Shown one piece after another: positions 1-8,376 of a DNA stretch of 32,000 nucleotides. This DNA is from Acaryochloris marina MBIC11017. Its GTDB lineage: Bacteria; Cyanobacteriota; Cyanobacteriia; Thermosynechococcales; Thermosynechococcaceae. The stretch's first letter is position 1. Each line of letters begins with the position of its first letter. The notes under the pieces were generated by a model, which worked only from the letters and a program-made list of their open reading frames with translations, made no database searches and was not told where the DNA came from. A program made the translations under genes and the position numbers. Where the stretch lies: positions 6,030,001 to 6,062,000 of the forward strand of contig NC_009925.1 of assembly GCF_000018105.1 (NCBI RefSeq), read 5' to 3'.

Positions 1-110
1 CCCTGCCAAGCCATGCAAAAAATGGTTTGGTGTAAGGTATTGATTTGATCAGGGGCTAAGGCGGTATCGATGACTTCGAGGGCCTCTTCGAGTTTCATAC
101 TAGTGTTCAT
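1..110 (-). CDS. 5' end of an unidentified protein gene running off the window (36 codons visible)
   Basis: The reverse strand reads ATG(110) AAC ACT AGT ATG(98)... = MNTSMKLEEALEVIDTALAPDQINTLHQTIFCMAWQG, open to position 1. The L-x2-Q-x-I-F-x3-W-x-G stretch resembles a short N-terminal module on many cyanobacterial multidomain signalling proteins. 36 aa is too little to name it. It is absent from the ORF track because it is truncated. Confidence 0.3.
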   Translation of the reverse strand, partial: MNTSMKLEEALEVIDTALAPDQINTLHQTIFCMAWQ

Positions 111-886
111 GGTGAGATCAGAGAGATAAGCAACATCAGCACGATGGGCTGTCTTAATTAGGGATTTAATGCTCGATTGTGTTGATCAGCCATAGATCGT
201 TGATCTCTAATGCAGGAGAGGGTTTAGGGTGATGCTTGCTGCTGATATTATTTGGCAGGTGATGACAGATGCAAACTATCAACCCCCAAAAAGATCACCC
301 CCAATTGTGATTAAGGAGGTCAGTCTGGAAAGATGGATTTGTTTTTGTGTATAAATTAATGCCACTATTCCTGATGGAAATATCACCTAATGACTGATAC
401 CTCTGGCAGTAAATAACTTATGCCGAACCTATGAAAAAGATGCATAATTGATTAATATTTTTCCGAATAATATAGAAAAGATTATTTTTTGTTTCGAGTC
501 ACTGACTTCACCAGAATTTCACATATTATGATTTCAACTGAATGGTGATATCTGTCGTTGAGTGAATAGAACTGTTCTACATCGCCCAACTGTTTCAAAA
601 ATCAAGTAGTCGCGGCATCATCTTTTACTTAGGTGGGGGATCGGTTAGACTCCTTTTCTTGCCTTAAGTAAAGGGATGGTTTCTTGCGCTTCTACTCCTG
701 AAAAGAAGTCTTGTCTTTCTAGGAATTTTTATCGTGATACACCTTCCAAATCAGTACGAAAATTTTTGGTTGTGGGTTAAGAACTCAAAATGCCTCTAAT
801 ACTTTGTTAGTTGGTGAAGTTTTAGAGAATGTCATCTGCGTTACTGTTGCAGATGCTCTGTAGTGGTGTCTTATCCCTTGTTATCT

Positions 887-3469
887 ATGAAGAAGCAATA
901 TCAACGGGAACTTCTCTCGTATCTAAGCTGGCATCGATTATGCCTATCCCTGCTGGGTGTGGGGTGTATGTTCGCGATTACTGTTGTTTTTTCAGAAGAG
1001 AGGGTGTTAGCAGAACCTACTGAGCAGGTATGGGTTGCTAATACAAATAACTTAGAGCAAAGAGGAAAAGCTCTTTTTGACGCTAGACAATTTCCTCAAG
1101 CGGCTGATGTATTGCGCGCAGCTGTTGGACAGTATCAACAGCGAGATAATCGGGTGGGTGAAGCGATTGCTCTGAGTAATTTAGCGTTGGTTTATGAGCA
1201 GTTGGGACAATGGCCCGAAGCAAATCAGGCCATAGAACAGAGTCTTGAACTATTACAAGGGCAATCGACTCCTGAGGCAGGACAGTTATTAGCGCAGGTG
1301 CTGAACACTGAAGGGCAGTTAAAGTTGGCCCAAGGGCAAGCCCAGTTGGCATTGAAGGCTTGGCAACGATCAGAAGAGATATTTACACAGATTGGCGATA
1401 CAGAAGCAGTGACTCGCAGTCGGGTGAATCAAGCCCAGGCGTTACAGTCGATGGGGCAGTATCGCCGATCAATTAAAACCCTTAGAAAAGTTACGACTGA
1501 CTTGGCGGAGCAGCCAGATTCGTTGACTGAAGTGGTGGCGCTGAGAAGTCTGGGGGAAGCGCTCCGGGTGGCAGGCGAGTTGCCTGATGCGCGGGAAGCA
1601 TTGGAAAAAAGTGTAGAAATGGCTGGGCGGCTGGACTTGCTGAAAAATAAGGCTGCAGCTCAGCTAAGTTTAGGAAATGTGTTGAGGGCTGAAGGGGAGA
1701 ATGATCCAATGCAGTTGCAAGCTGCTTTGAGGATTTATGAGCAATTGGCCACTGAATCTGACGAAAGTCAAGTTCAGGCTTTTTTAAATCAGTTCAGTTT
1801 GCTGGTTCAAATGAAGCAATTTGCCCAAGCGGAGGGTTTATGGCCACAGGTTTCTGCCAGCTTGCAACAATTACCACTTAGCCGATCTTCAATCTTTGCC
1901 TATTTAAATGTGGTTCATAGTTTGTCTCAACTGCGTAGCACAAGTATGGACACGGTTGCGATCCGGGCGCAATTGTTCAGGCAGGCTTTAAAGCAAGCGA
2001 AGACTTTAGGGGATGGTCGGGCAGAATCCTATGTGTTGGGTGGGTTGGGTGCGTTGTATGAGGAGACGGGGCAATGGGCTGAGGCGGAACGGTTAACTCA
2101 ACAGGCATTGAAGAAGGCAATTAATGACCCAGAAATTGCATTTCGCTGGCAATGGCAGTTAGGGCGATTGCAAAAAGTGCAGGGGAATCGAGATAAAGCG
2201 ATTTCTGCATACTCTGGAGCGGTTCAAACGCTGAAGTTACTGCGGAAGGACTTGATTGCAGTGAACCCGGAAGTGCAGTTTTCGTTTCGGGATAATGTGG
2301 AACCCATTCATCGGCAGTTGGTGGATTTGCTTTTAGAAGTAGAGGAAGGACAGCCAAGTAGCAAGAACTTGGAGGCTGCACGCTTAACCATTGAATCTTT
2401 GCAGTTGGCGGAGTTAGATAACTTTTTTCGAGAAGCCTGTTTGGATGCAAACCCGGTAGTGATTGATGAAATTGATCCCAGGGCTGCAGTTGTTTATCCT
2501 ATTATTTTGCCGAAACGGGTGGCGGTAATTGTAAGTTTGCCGGGTAAGAAATTACGGTTATATTCAACTGAGGTTTCGTCAAACAAAGTAGAGAGGACAG
2601 TTGATAGGTTGCGGTTGTCTTTAGGGCAGCCCAATAGTACGAGATATTTAGCTCTTTCTCAGCAAGTTTATAATTGGTTGCTCCGTCCAGCGGAAGCTGA
2701 CTTTATCGATAGCAAAACGGAAACGCTGGTTTTTGTTTTGGATGGAGTATTGAGAAATGTACCCATGTCTGCCTTGCATGATGGTGAGAGTTATTTAGTG
2801 GAGAGATACGCAGTTTCTGTTACACCAGGGTTGCAATTGGTTGAACCTAAACCCTTAGTTTTAGATCAGGTAAAAGTGCTAACCGCTGGTTTATCTCAAC
2901 CTGTTCAAGGTTTTTCTGGTTTGCCTTATGTTGAATCCGAATTGAATCAAATTGGGACTATAGTTTCTAGCCGAAATTTACTCAATCAAGCTTTTACTAG
3001 GTCGGCATTCCAAAGAGAAGTAAGTACTGAACCTTATTCAGTGGTGCATTTAGCAACTCATGGTCAATTTAGTTCAAAGCTAGAGGATACCTTTTTGCTG
3101 ACTTGGGAGGATAAAGTTAATATTACTCAACTTCGCGATTTGCTGAGGACAAGGGAATTACGAAAGGATAGTGCTATTGAATTATTGGTGTTAAGTGCGT
3201 GTGAAACAGCAGTTGGAGATAGTCGGGCTGCTTTGGGATTAGCTGGTATGGCAGCGAGGTCAGGAGCTAGAACCACGCTGGCAACATTATGGCAAGTTGA
3301 TGATCAAGCCACGTCAATATTAATGGCAAGGTTTTATGAATTACTCAATATTAATGACATGTCAAAAGCTAGAGCGTTGCAAGTTGCACAAAAAGAAATG
3401 CTTATAAAATTAAACAGACAGCATCCAAGCTATTGGTCATCTTACATTTTATTAGGTAACTGGAAATAA
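887..3469 (+). CDS. Exported TPR-repeat / CHAT-domain (caspase-like Cys-His) protease
   Basis: Long ORF; I prefer ATG 887 (MKKQYQ...) over the track's GTG 863. There is an N-terminal hydrophobic signal/anchor segment (LCLSLLGVGCMFAITVVF). The middle holds degenerate TPR-like repeats (GEAIALSNLALVYEQLGQWPEANQAIEQSLEL; ESYVLGGLGALYEETGQWAEAERLTQQAL). The C-terminal ~300 aa has CHAT dyad motifs VVHLATHGQF (His codon 3059-3061) and LLVLSACETAVG (Cys codon 3200-3202), plus the tail YWSSYILLGNW. Confidence 0.9.
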   Translation: MKKQYQRELLSYLSWHRLCLSLLGVGCMFAITVVFSEERVLAEPTEQVWVANTNNLEQRGKALFDARQFPQAADVLRAAVGQYQQRDNRVGEAIALSNLALVYEQLGQWPEANQAIEQSLELLQGQSTPEAGQLLAQVLNTEGQLKLAQGQAQLALKAWQRSEEIFTQIGDTEAVTRSRVNQAQALQSMGQYRRSIKTLRKVTTDLAEQPDSLTEVVALRSLGEALRVAGELPDAREALEKSVEMAGRLDLLKNKAAAQLSLGNVLRAEGENDPMQLQAALRIYEQLATESDESQVQAFLNQFSLLVQMKQFAQAEGLWPQVSASLQQLPLSRSSIFAYLNVVHSLSQLRSTSMDTVAIRAQLFRQALKQAKTLGDGRAESYVLGGLGALYEETGQWAEAERLTQQALKKAINDPEIAFRWQWQLGRLQKVQGNRDKAISAYSGAVQTLKLLRKDLIAVNPEVQFSFRDNVEPIHRQLVDLLLEVEEGQPSSKNLEAARLTIESLQLAELDNFFREACLDANPVVIDEIDPRAAVVYPIILPKRVAVIVSLPGKKLRLYSTEVSSNKVERTVDRLRLSLGQPNSTRYLALSQQVYNWLLRPAEADFIDSKTETLVFVLDGVLRNVPMSALHDGESYLVERYAVSVTPGLQLVEPKPLVLDQVKVLTAGLSQPVQGFSGLPYVESELNQIGTIVSSRNLLNQAFTRSAFQREVSTEPYSVVHLATHGQFSSKLEDTFLLTWEDKVNITQLRDLLRTRELRKDSAIELLVLSACETAVGDSRAALGLAGMAARSGARTTLATLWQVDDQATSILMARFYELLNINDMSKARALQVAQKEMLIKLNRQHPSYWSSYILLGNWK

Positions 3470-3705
3470 CTTATTATGGTCACTAAAATCTCATTTTAAT
3501 CCCGAAAATGATGCTTATTATAAAGCTAGCAAAAAGTGCAGCTAATCGAAAACCACCATCCTCGGATAAAAATACTTTATTGATAGTAGATTTATAAAGC
3601 AGTTAATGTCTGGAATTTATAAAAACTTTTTAATAAAAGCAAGCAAGGTTAAATGTGAATGGTGTATTTTAAAGTTGTTTAAGTATTCATTAGTGAGGTT
3701 GCAAA

Positions 3706-4356
3706 ATGTCTAAGCATAGAAATATTTTTTCCCAGGTTTTGATATTTGTATTTGCATTGAGTTTACCTTTTCTAGCTTCTTCGGCAGCTCTAGCTTATGA
3801 TCAACCCTGGAAGTGTACTTCGGATTCTACAGCAACCCTATATGAATCAATCATACTAAATGATAGTGATTGTCCTCGCGAATGCTTAGATGAAAAGGAG
3901 GAGTGTCCATATAAATTCAAAGTAAAGCGTCAGAATACTCCTGATCCTAATGCTGCAACAGCTTATATACAGTTAGGAGATGAATTCTTACTTGGTGATT
4001 TTCGCAGACAGAAAGGGTGTGATACGAAGGAAAGAAATGAGCTTGCTTTAGAGGCATATCGAATAGCAAAATATGAATCAAGTGAAGCAAAAGATGCAAA
4101 AGAAGAAAGTAGTAATTTCTATTCATGGATTGCTGCAAGCTCTAGTATTCCCTATGTGAAAAGACGTATGGGTGAAATAAGCCAACCTGAAGCACAAAGC
4201 AGAATTGATGCTCTGTTTGATAAATACTGCTCTATAGCTGATGACAGTACTACTTGCGTTCTGTCTAAGAATCCCGTCTGTCCTGCCTTTAATAATGGGA
4301 TTAACAATGGATGGTATTTTGGTCCTCATTGCCGTCTATGTAACATACAGCCTTGA
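3706..4356 (+). CDS. Hypothetical secreted Cys-rich protein (216 aa), no recognisable family
   Basis: ATG start preceded by gtgaggttgc. Clear signal peptide (VLIFVFALSLPFLASSAALA|YDQ). About 12 Cys are in clustered pairs (DCPRECLDEKEECPY, TTCVLSKNPVCP, HCRLCN). It is followed by a 13-bp perfect hairpin. The region is AT-rich, so ORF calling is less certain than for its neighbours. Confidence 0.6.
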   Translation: MSKHRNIFSQVLIFVFALSLPFLASSAALAYDQPWKCTSDSTATLYESIILNDSDCPRECLDEKEECPYKFKVKRQNTPDPNAATAYIQLGDEFLLGDFRRQKGCDTKERNELALEAYRIAKYESSEAKDAKEESSNFYSWIAASSSIPYVKRRMGEISQPEAQSRIDALFDKYCSIADDSTTCVLSKNPVCPAFNNGINNGWYFGPHCRLCNIQP

Positions 4357-4439
4357 GTCCTACAACTCTTGTATGGCAGCTACAATTAGCTAGTTTTCTA
4401 AGTTGGATTTTATCCTTAATGAACTTATTGCTGTTGTTT

Positions 4440-4470
4440 ACTGTTGGAGAAGATAATCTTCTCCAACAGT
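4440..4470 (+). terminator. Perfect 13-bp stem / 5-nt loop hairpin downstream of the Cys-rich ORF
   Basis: ACTGTTGGAGAAG (4440-4452) ATAAT CTTCTCCAACAGT (4458-4470) are exact reverse complements. The trailing sequence TGTCCTATG is not a classic U-tract, so terminator function is uncertain. Confidence 0.4.
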
Positions 4471-4684
4471 TGTCCTATGTAAGATGCATCATATATAAGT
4501 CTCTTTAAATCCAAAGTATAAGAAGATGATGACTTATTTTAAATTGCATATTTCTTTTGATAATTATAATGTAATGTTTGATAAAATTAGCATTCTGAAT
4601 TTAGAAGAAATGTAATTTGAATGCATGAAATGAAGAATAGTTTCAAGATTTTAGATGAATTTATGTTGATTTTTCTTGCTTAAA

Positions 4685-7516
4685 ATGAGTGAAAATTCAA
4701 GAGTGAATAACTTTATATTTAGAACTCTATGTTTGATAAGTTTCAGTATGCCTTGGGGATGCTTATGTCATGCTCAAGTAGTTAGTGATAATACACTAAC
4801 AATTCCAACTGTAGTTTCCACCTCTGATGCGCAAAATTTTATTGTTTCTGGAGGTGTAATAGTTAACCAAAAAAACATATTCCATAGCTTCAGGAATTTC
4901 TCTATTCCTAAAAATGGTTCAGTAATCTTTAAAAATCTTTCTGTTGAGAATATTATTAGTCGAGTGACAGGTTCTAACCCATCGTATATTGATGGCTTGA
5001 TTACTGCTAACGCTAATTTATTTCTTGTCAATCCTAAAGGAATTTTTTTTGGTCAAGGTTCCCAACTCAATATTGATGGTTCATTTGTAGCAAGTACAGC
5101 TAATCAAATAAACTTTGAAGATGGCCATTTTTTTAGTACTCACACTAATGAAGCTCCTATTTTGACAATGAGCATGCCGACTGGTCTTCAATTGGGTAAA
5201 GATGCTTCTAGTATTGGTATTACGGGAGATTTTTTAGATCCTTTTCTGAGTGTTCAGCCAGGTAAGTCGTTGGTGCTCATTGGTAATGGTCTATTTCTCC
5301 AAGGAGGTGCTTTAGCTGCCCCATCAGGTAGAATTGAGCTGGCGAGTGTTGATGATTTTTCAGTTGTAGGACTTAAAAAAGCCTCTGAAGGATTTACTCT
5401 CAATTTTGATCCTGTAAAGAATTTTCAGATTATCCGCCTTTCAAAAGGTGCATTTATTGACACGTCTGATTTTTTTGCTGGGCCTATCCGTATATATGGA
5501 AAAGACATATCATTGGTGGATAGATCAGCAATCACAGCCTTTAACTTTATTGATGATTTACCTGGTGCGAGTATTAATGTCCAGGCTACAGAGTCTTTTA
5601 AACTTAGCAATCAGAGTTCAATTAGCGTAGGTGATGGGAATAATGGCAAAATTTCTATAAGTGCTAAGCGTCTTTCTCTTAGCGATTTTTCTATTATTGA
5701 TGCTAGTACTATATTCTTAGGCACGAAAGGTAGCATTATTATTAGGGCTTCTGAATATGTACTTATTGATAAAGGTAGTGCTATATCAGCCTTCACTACT
5801 GGTAATGATGCTGGTGAAATTTCAATACATACAGGGCAGCTTATTCTACGTGATGGTGGACAAATTGACAGTACAACGTTCTTTGGTGCTAAGGGTAATG
5901 CTGGAAATCTACTAATTGAAGCCACAGAATCCATAGATATATTTGGTCAAATAACAACTTCAAATGGTTTAACCTTTGTAAGTAATTTATTTGTAGGAAC
6001 TGCTGGATCAGGGACTACTGGCAATGGTGGAAATATTAACCTTAAAACAAAGCGTCTCTCTGTTACTAATAGCGGTACTATTTCTGTTGCATCTCTTCGG
6101 GGCAGTTTAGGACAAGCTGGTACATTATCCATCGATGCTTCAGATTATGTATTAATTGACGGGCAAGATACCGTCATTTCCGCTGAAAGTAGCAGCCCAT
6201 TGCCTGCTGGGGATATTACTATTAATACGGGATCCTTTCGTATTCAGAATGGGGCAACAATTTCAGCATCAACCACTGGTCCAGGTACTGCCGGAACCAT
6301 ACAAATTAAATCCGGTAGCTTCAGTGCAAGCGGTCCTTCGAGTGGGGTATTTACCACTACGACTAGCAGTGGAGCTGGGGGTGACATCATCATCGATACT
6401 CAATTATTCAAACTATTTGATCGGGCAGTCATTGATGCTCGTACAACTGATAGTGGAATCGGCGGGAACATCTTTGTCCAAGCAAATCTATTAGAAATTA
6501 GTTCTGGTGGTCAATTAGTGACTACTACTTCAGGTCCCAGCGCTGCAGGAAATATTTCCCTCCAGGTCCTAGATAGTATCGTCTTAGAAGGACGTGATAG
6601 TGGTCTATTTGCCAATACTGATCCAGGCTCCAATGGGCCTGGAGGGAATATTTTCGTCGATCCTCCTATAGTCATTATTCGTGATAATGCTGGGATTAGA
6701 GTTGATAGCCAAGGGACAGGGCCTGGAGGGAATATTGATTTACTGGCTGGTAATCTTACCCTGCAAAATGGCGGGTTTATTTCTGCCGAAACGACAAGCG
6801 GGCAAGGGGGGAATATCGGGCTGAGAATTAGTGATGTTTTGCAATTGCAAAATCAAAGCAGAATATCAGCCACCGCGGGTCGCAATGGAGAGATTGGCGA
6901 TGGGGGTAATATCAATATTTTTGCTCAATTTATTGTGGCGAATCCGTTTGAAAATAATGACATCACGGCCAATGCCTTCACCGGTACAGGTGGAAATATA
7001 TCCATCCAAACAGAGGCGATCTTTGGTTTTCAAGTGGTGGATGATTTGACCCCTTTTAGTGATATTTCTGCAAGTTCTCAATTAGGGTTATCTGGAACCG
7101 TCAGTATTGACACTCCTGAAACCGACCCCACTGAAGGATTAGTGGATCTCCCCGCTGCTGTCGTAGATCCTTCTAGTTTAGTGTCCCAGGCTTGTATCGG
7201 ACACTCAGGAGAACTTGCCAGTGAAATTAGTGAATTTACCGTTACTGGACGGGGAGGAGTACCCGCTAATCCAACGGAGACATTACGACAAAACTCGACG
7301 TTGACTGAATGGATTGCCCCTGAGGGCCAAAATACTTCAGCGACAAAGCCCTCCTCTAGAGTTGAAACGAGTCAGGTGACCGATAGTCCACACTTAATTA
7401 TCGAAGCTCAAGGCTGGAAAACGAATAAACAAGGTCAACTTGTTCTAACAGCAGAACCACAACCGCCTTTAGCTCATATTGCAGGACTAACCCAAGCTAG
7501 ATGCCCAAAAACTTAG
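4685..7516 (+). CDS. Filamentous-haemagglutinin N-terminal (TPS) domain exoprotein with beta-helix repeats
   Basis: I prefer ATG 4685 (MSENSR...) over TTG 4676. Signal peptide ends CLCHA|QVV. TPS-domain motifs: NIFHSFRNFSIPKNGSVIFKN, IISRVTGSNPSYIDGLI, ANLFLVNPKGIFFG. About 8 periodic G-x-GGNI coils recur every ~28-30 aa. They include an exact 18-nt direct repeat GGGCCTGGAGGGAATATT at 6635-6652 and 6719-6736. The C-terminal motif FTVTGRGGVPANP...EAQGWKTNKQGQLVLTA is typical of cyanobacterial members. No toxin-like C-terminal domain was recognised. Confidence 0.9.
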   Translation: MSENSRVNNFIFRTLCLISFSMPWGCLCHAQVVSDNTLTIPTVVSTSDAQNFIVSGGVIVNQKNIFHSFRNFSIPKNGSVIFKNLSVENIISRVTGSNPSYIDGLITANANLFLVNPKGIFFGQGSQLNIDGSFVASTANQINFEDGHFFSTHTNEAPILTMSMPTGLQLGKDASSIGITGDFLDPFLSVQPGKSLVLIGNGLFLQGGALAAPSGRIELASVDDFSVVGLKKASEGFTLNFDPVKNFQIIRLSKGAFIDTSDFFAGPIRIYGKDISLVDRSAITAFNFIDDLPGASINVQATESFKLSNQSSISVGDGNNGKISISAKRLSLSDFSIIDASTIFLGTKGSIIIRASEYVLIDKGSAISAFTTGNDAGEISIHTGQLILRDGGQIDSTTFFGAKGNAGNLLIEATESIDIFGQITTSNGLTFVSNLFVGTAGSGTTGNGGNINLKTKRLSVTNSGTISVASLRGSLGQAGTLSIDASDYVLIDGQDTVISAESSSPLPAGDITINTGSFRIQNGATISASTTGPGTAGTIQIKSGSFSASGPSSGVFTTTTSSGAGGDIIIDTQLFKLFDRAVIDARTTDSGIGGNIFVQANLLEISSGGQLVTTTSGPSAAGNISLQVLDSIVLEGRDSGLFANTDPGSNGPGGNIFVDPPIVIIRDNAGIRVDSQGTGPGGNIDLLAGNLTLQNGGFISAETTSGQGGNIGLRISDVLQLQNQSRISATAGRNGEIGDGGNINIFAQFIVANPFENNDITANAFTGTGGNISIQTEAIFGFQVVDDLTPFSDISASSQLGLSGTVSIDTPETDPTEGLVDLPAAVVDPSSLVSQACIGHSGELASEISEFTVTGRGGVPANPTETLRQNSTLTEWIAPEGQNTSATKPSSRVETSQVTDSPHLIIEAQGWKTNKQGQLVLTAEPQPPLAHIAGLTQARCPKT

Positions 7517-7620
7517 TTTTCCAGTGAACAGCGTATCTAAAATTATATAGTTCTGGATTAATGATCAAAGTTCCCAAAATTTTGATCAAATGGGCTCTTT
7601 ATTGTTAGATGACTCAATCT

Positions 7621-8376
7621 TTAAGGGTCAGTGCGGCAAACGGAACTTGACCATAAATCCAGACGTTGATTCATATTAATCGAAGATCCATCGGTGGAAT
7701 AAAGTATTTGAAATACATCTGACCACAGCCCTTTTTCCCCGAAATACTGGGCTGAGTTCAGGTCTGTATGCTTTTGTGAGAGTTTAGGATTTTGTGATTT
7801 CTTGACCTTGGCTAATTCAGCCGCTATCAGTTGACGCTCTGCTGATGGCATTACCTCAAACTCATATCGAACAGTCGTTTCAGAATTGGAAGCTTCCCAA
7901 ATATAGGCTTGCCCCGATTGCAAGGGCTTGCCATCGAATGCAACCTGTTCCTTGCCAGTTAGGTCTGATCTCTGCCAAATTACCTCATCTGTGTCATAGT
8001 CTCGCACCAGCAGATTAGACACTTCCCCACGCCATAAAAATAGAGGTTGACTGCTCCAGATTACATTAGTCTGACCCAATACGCCTGGAGAGATTAAACA
8101 AAGATTTCCCCTGCCCACCAAAGAGGGTTCCGGGCGCTGCTTAAACATCTCAAAAATACTGTTGAACACCGCCTCAAAAGTCGAAGATGTGGGCACATGC
8201 TTATCTTTCTTAACTTGACCGGACTTTGCAGATGTTTTTTGTTGATCCGTTTGCTTAGAACTAGAGTCTTGATGTGTAATAGGCTCTCGTTTTTCTTGCT
8301 TTTCCATTCCCCACACATGACTTGGGGAGGCCAATACTAATACTTGGAGTAAAATCAGCCAGCTCACTCTATGCAT
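7621..8376 (-). CDS. Secreted protein, DUF928-like
   Basis: Signal peptide MHRVSWLILLQVLVLASPSHVWG. A charged low-complexity linker follows. The core RGNLCLISPG...SSQPLFLWRGEVSNLLVRD...GKPLQSGQAYIWE matches my memory of the DUF928 pattern (R-G-x-x-C...P, P-x-F-x-W, L-x-x-G-x-x-Y-x-W). The start overlaps the upstream gene's stop by 8 nt. Confidence 0.6.
   Translation of the reverse strand: MHRVSWLILLQVLVLASPSHVWGMEKQEKREPITHQDSSSKQTDQQKTSAKSGQVKKDKHVPTSSTFEAVFNSIFEMFKQRPEPSLVGRGNLCLISPGVLGQTNVIWSSQPLFLWRGEVSNLLVRDYDTDEVIWQRSDLTGKEQVAFDGKPLQSGQAYIWEASNSETTVRYEFEVMPSAERQLIAAELAKVKKSQNPKLSQKHTDLNSAQYFGEKGLWSDVFQILYSTDGSSINMNQRLDLWSSSVCRTDP

Noticed and set aside
829-2450. ORF 829-1023 (+) and minus-strand ORFs 1083-1352, 1491-1709, 2121-2450
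   Set aside because: 829-1023 is an alternative frame overlapping the TPR-CHAT start. The others are antisense shadows within the TPR region.
3947-4329. Minus-strand ORFs 3947-4138 and 4123-4329 opposite the Cys-rich ORF
   Set aside because: They have no signal, motif or plausible start context. The + strand ORF has a clean signal peptide and is the better model, though it is itself only moderately supported.
6020-7010. Periodic GGNGGNAAYAT repeats, including an exact 18-nt repeat, considered as a CRISPR array or tandem DNA repeat
   Set aside because: The period (~84-90 nt) and sequence correspond to G-x-GGNI beta-helix coils of the TPS exoprotein. The intervening sequence is in-frame coding, and there is no repeat-spacer architecture.
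7562-7588. 8-bp stem TGATCAAA / TTTGATCA between the convergent TPS and DUF928-like genes, considered as a bidirectional terminator
   Set aside because: The stem is short and AT-rich with an 11-nt loop and no flanking U/A tracts, which is too weak to call.
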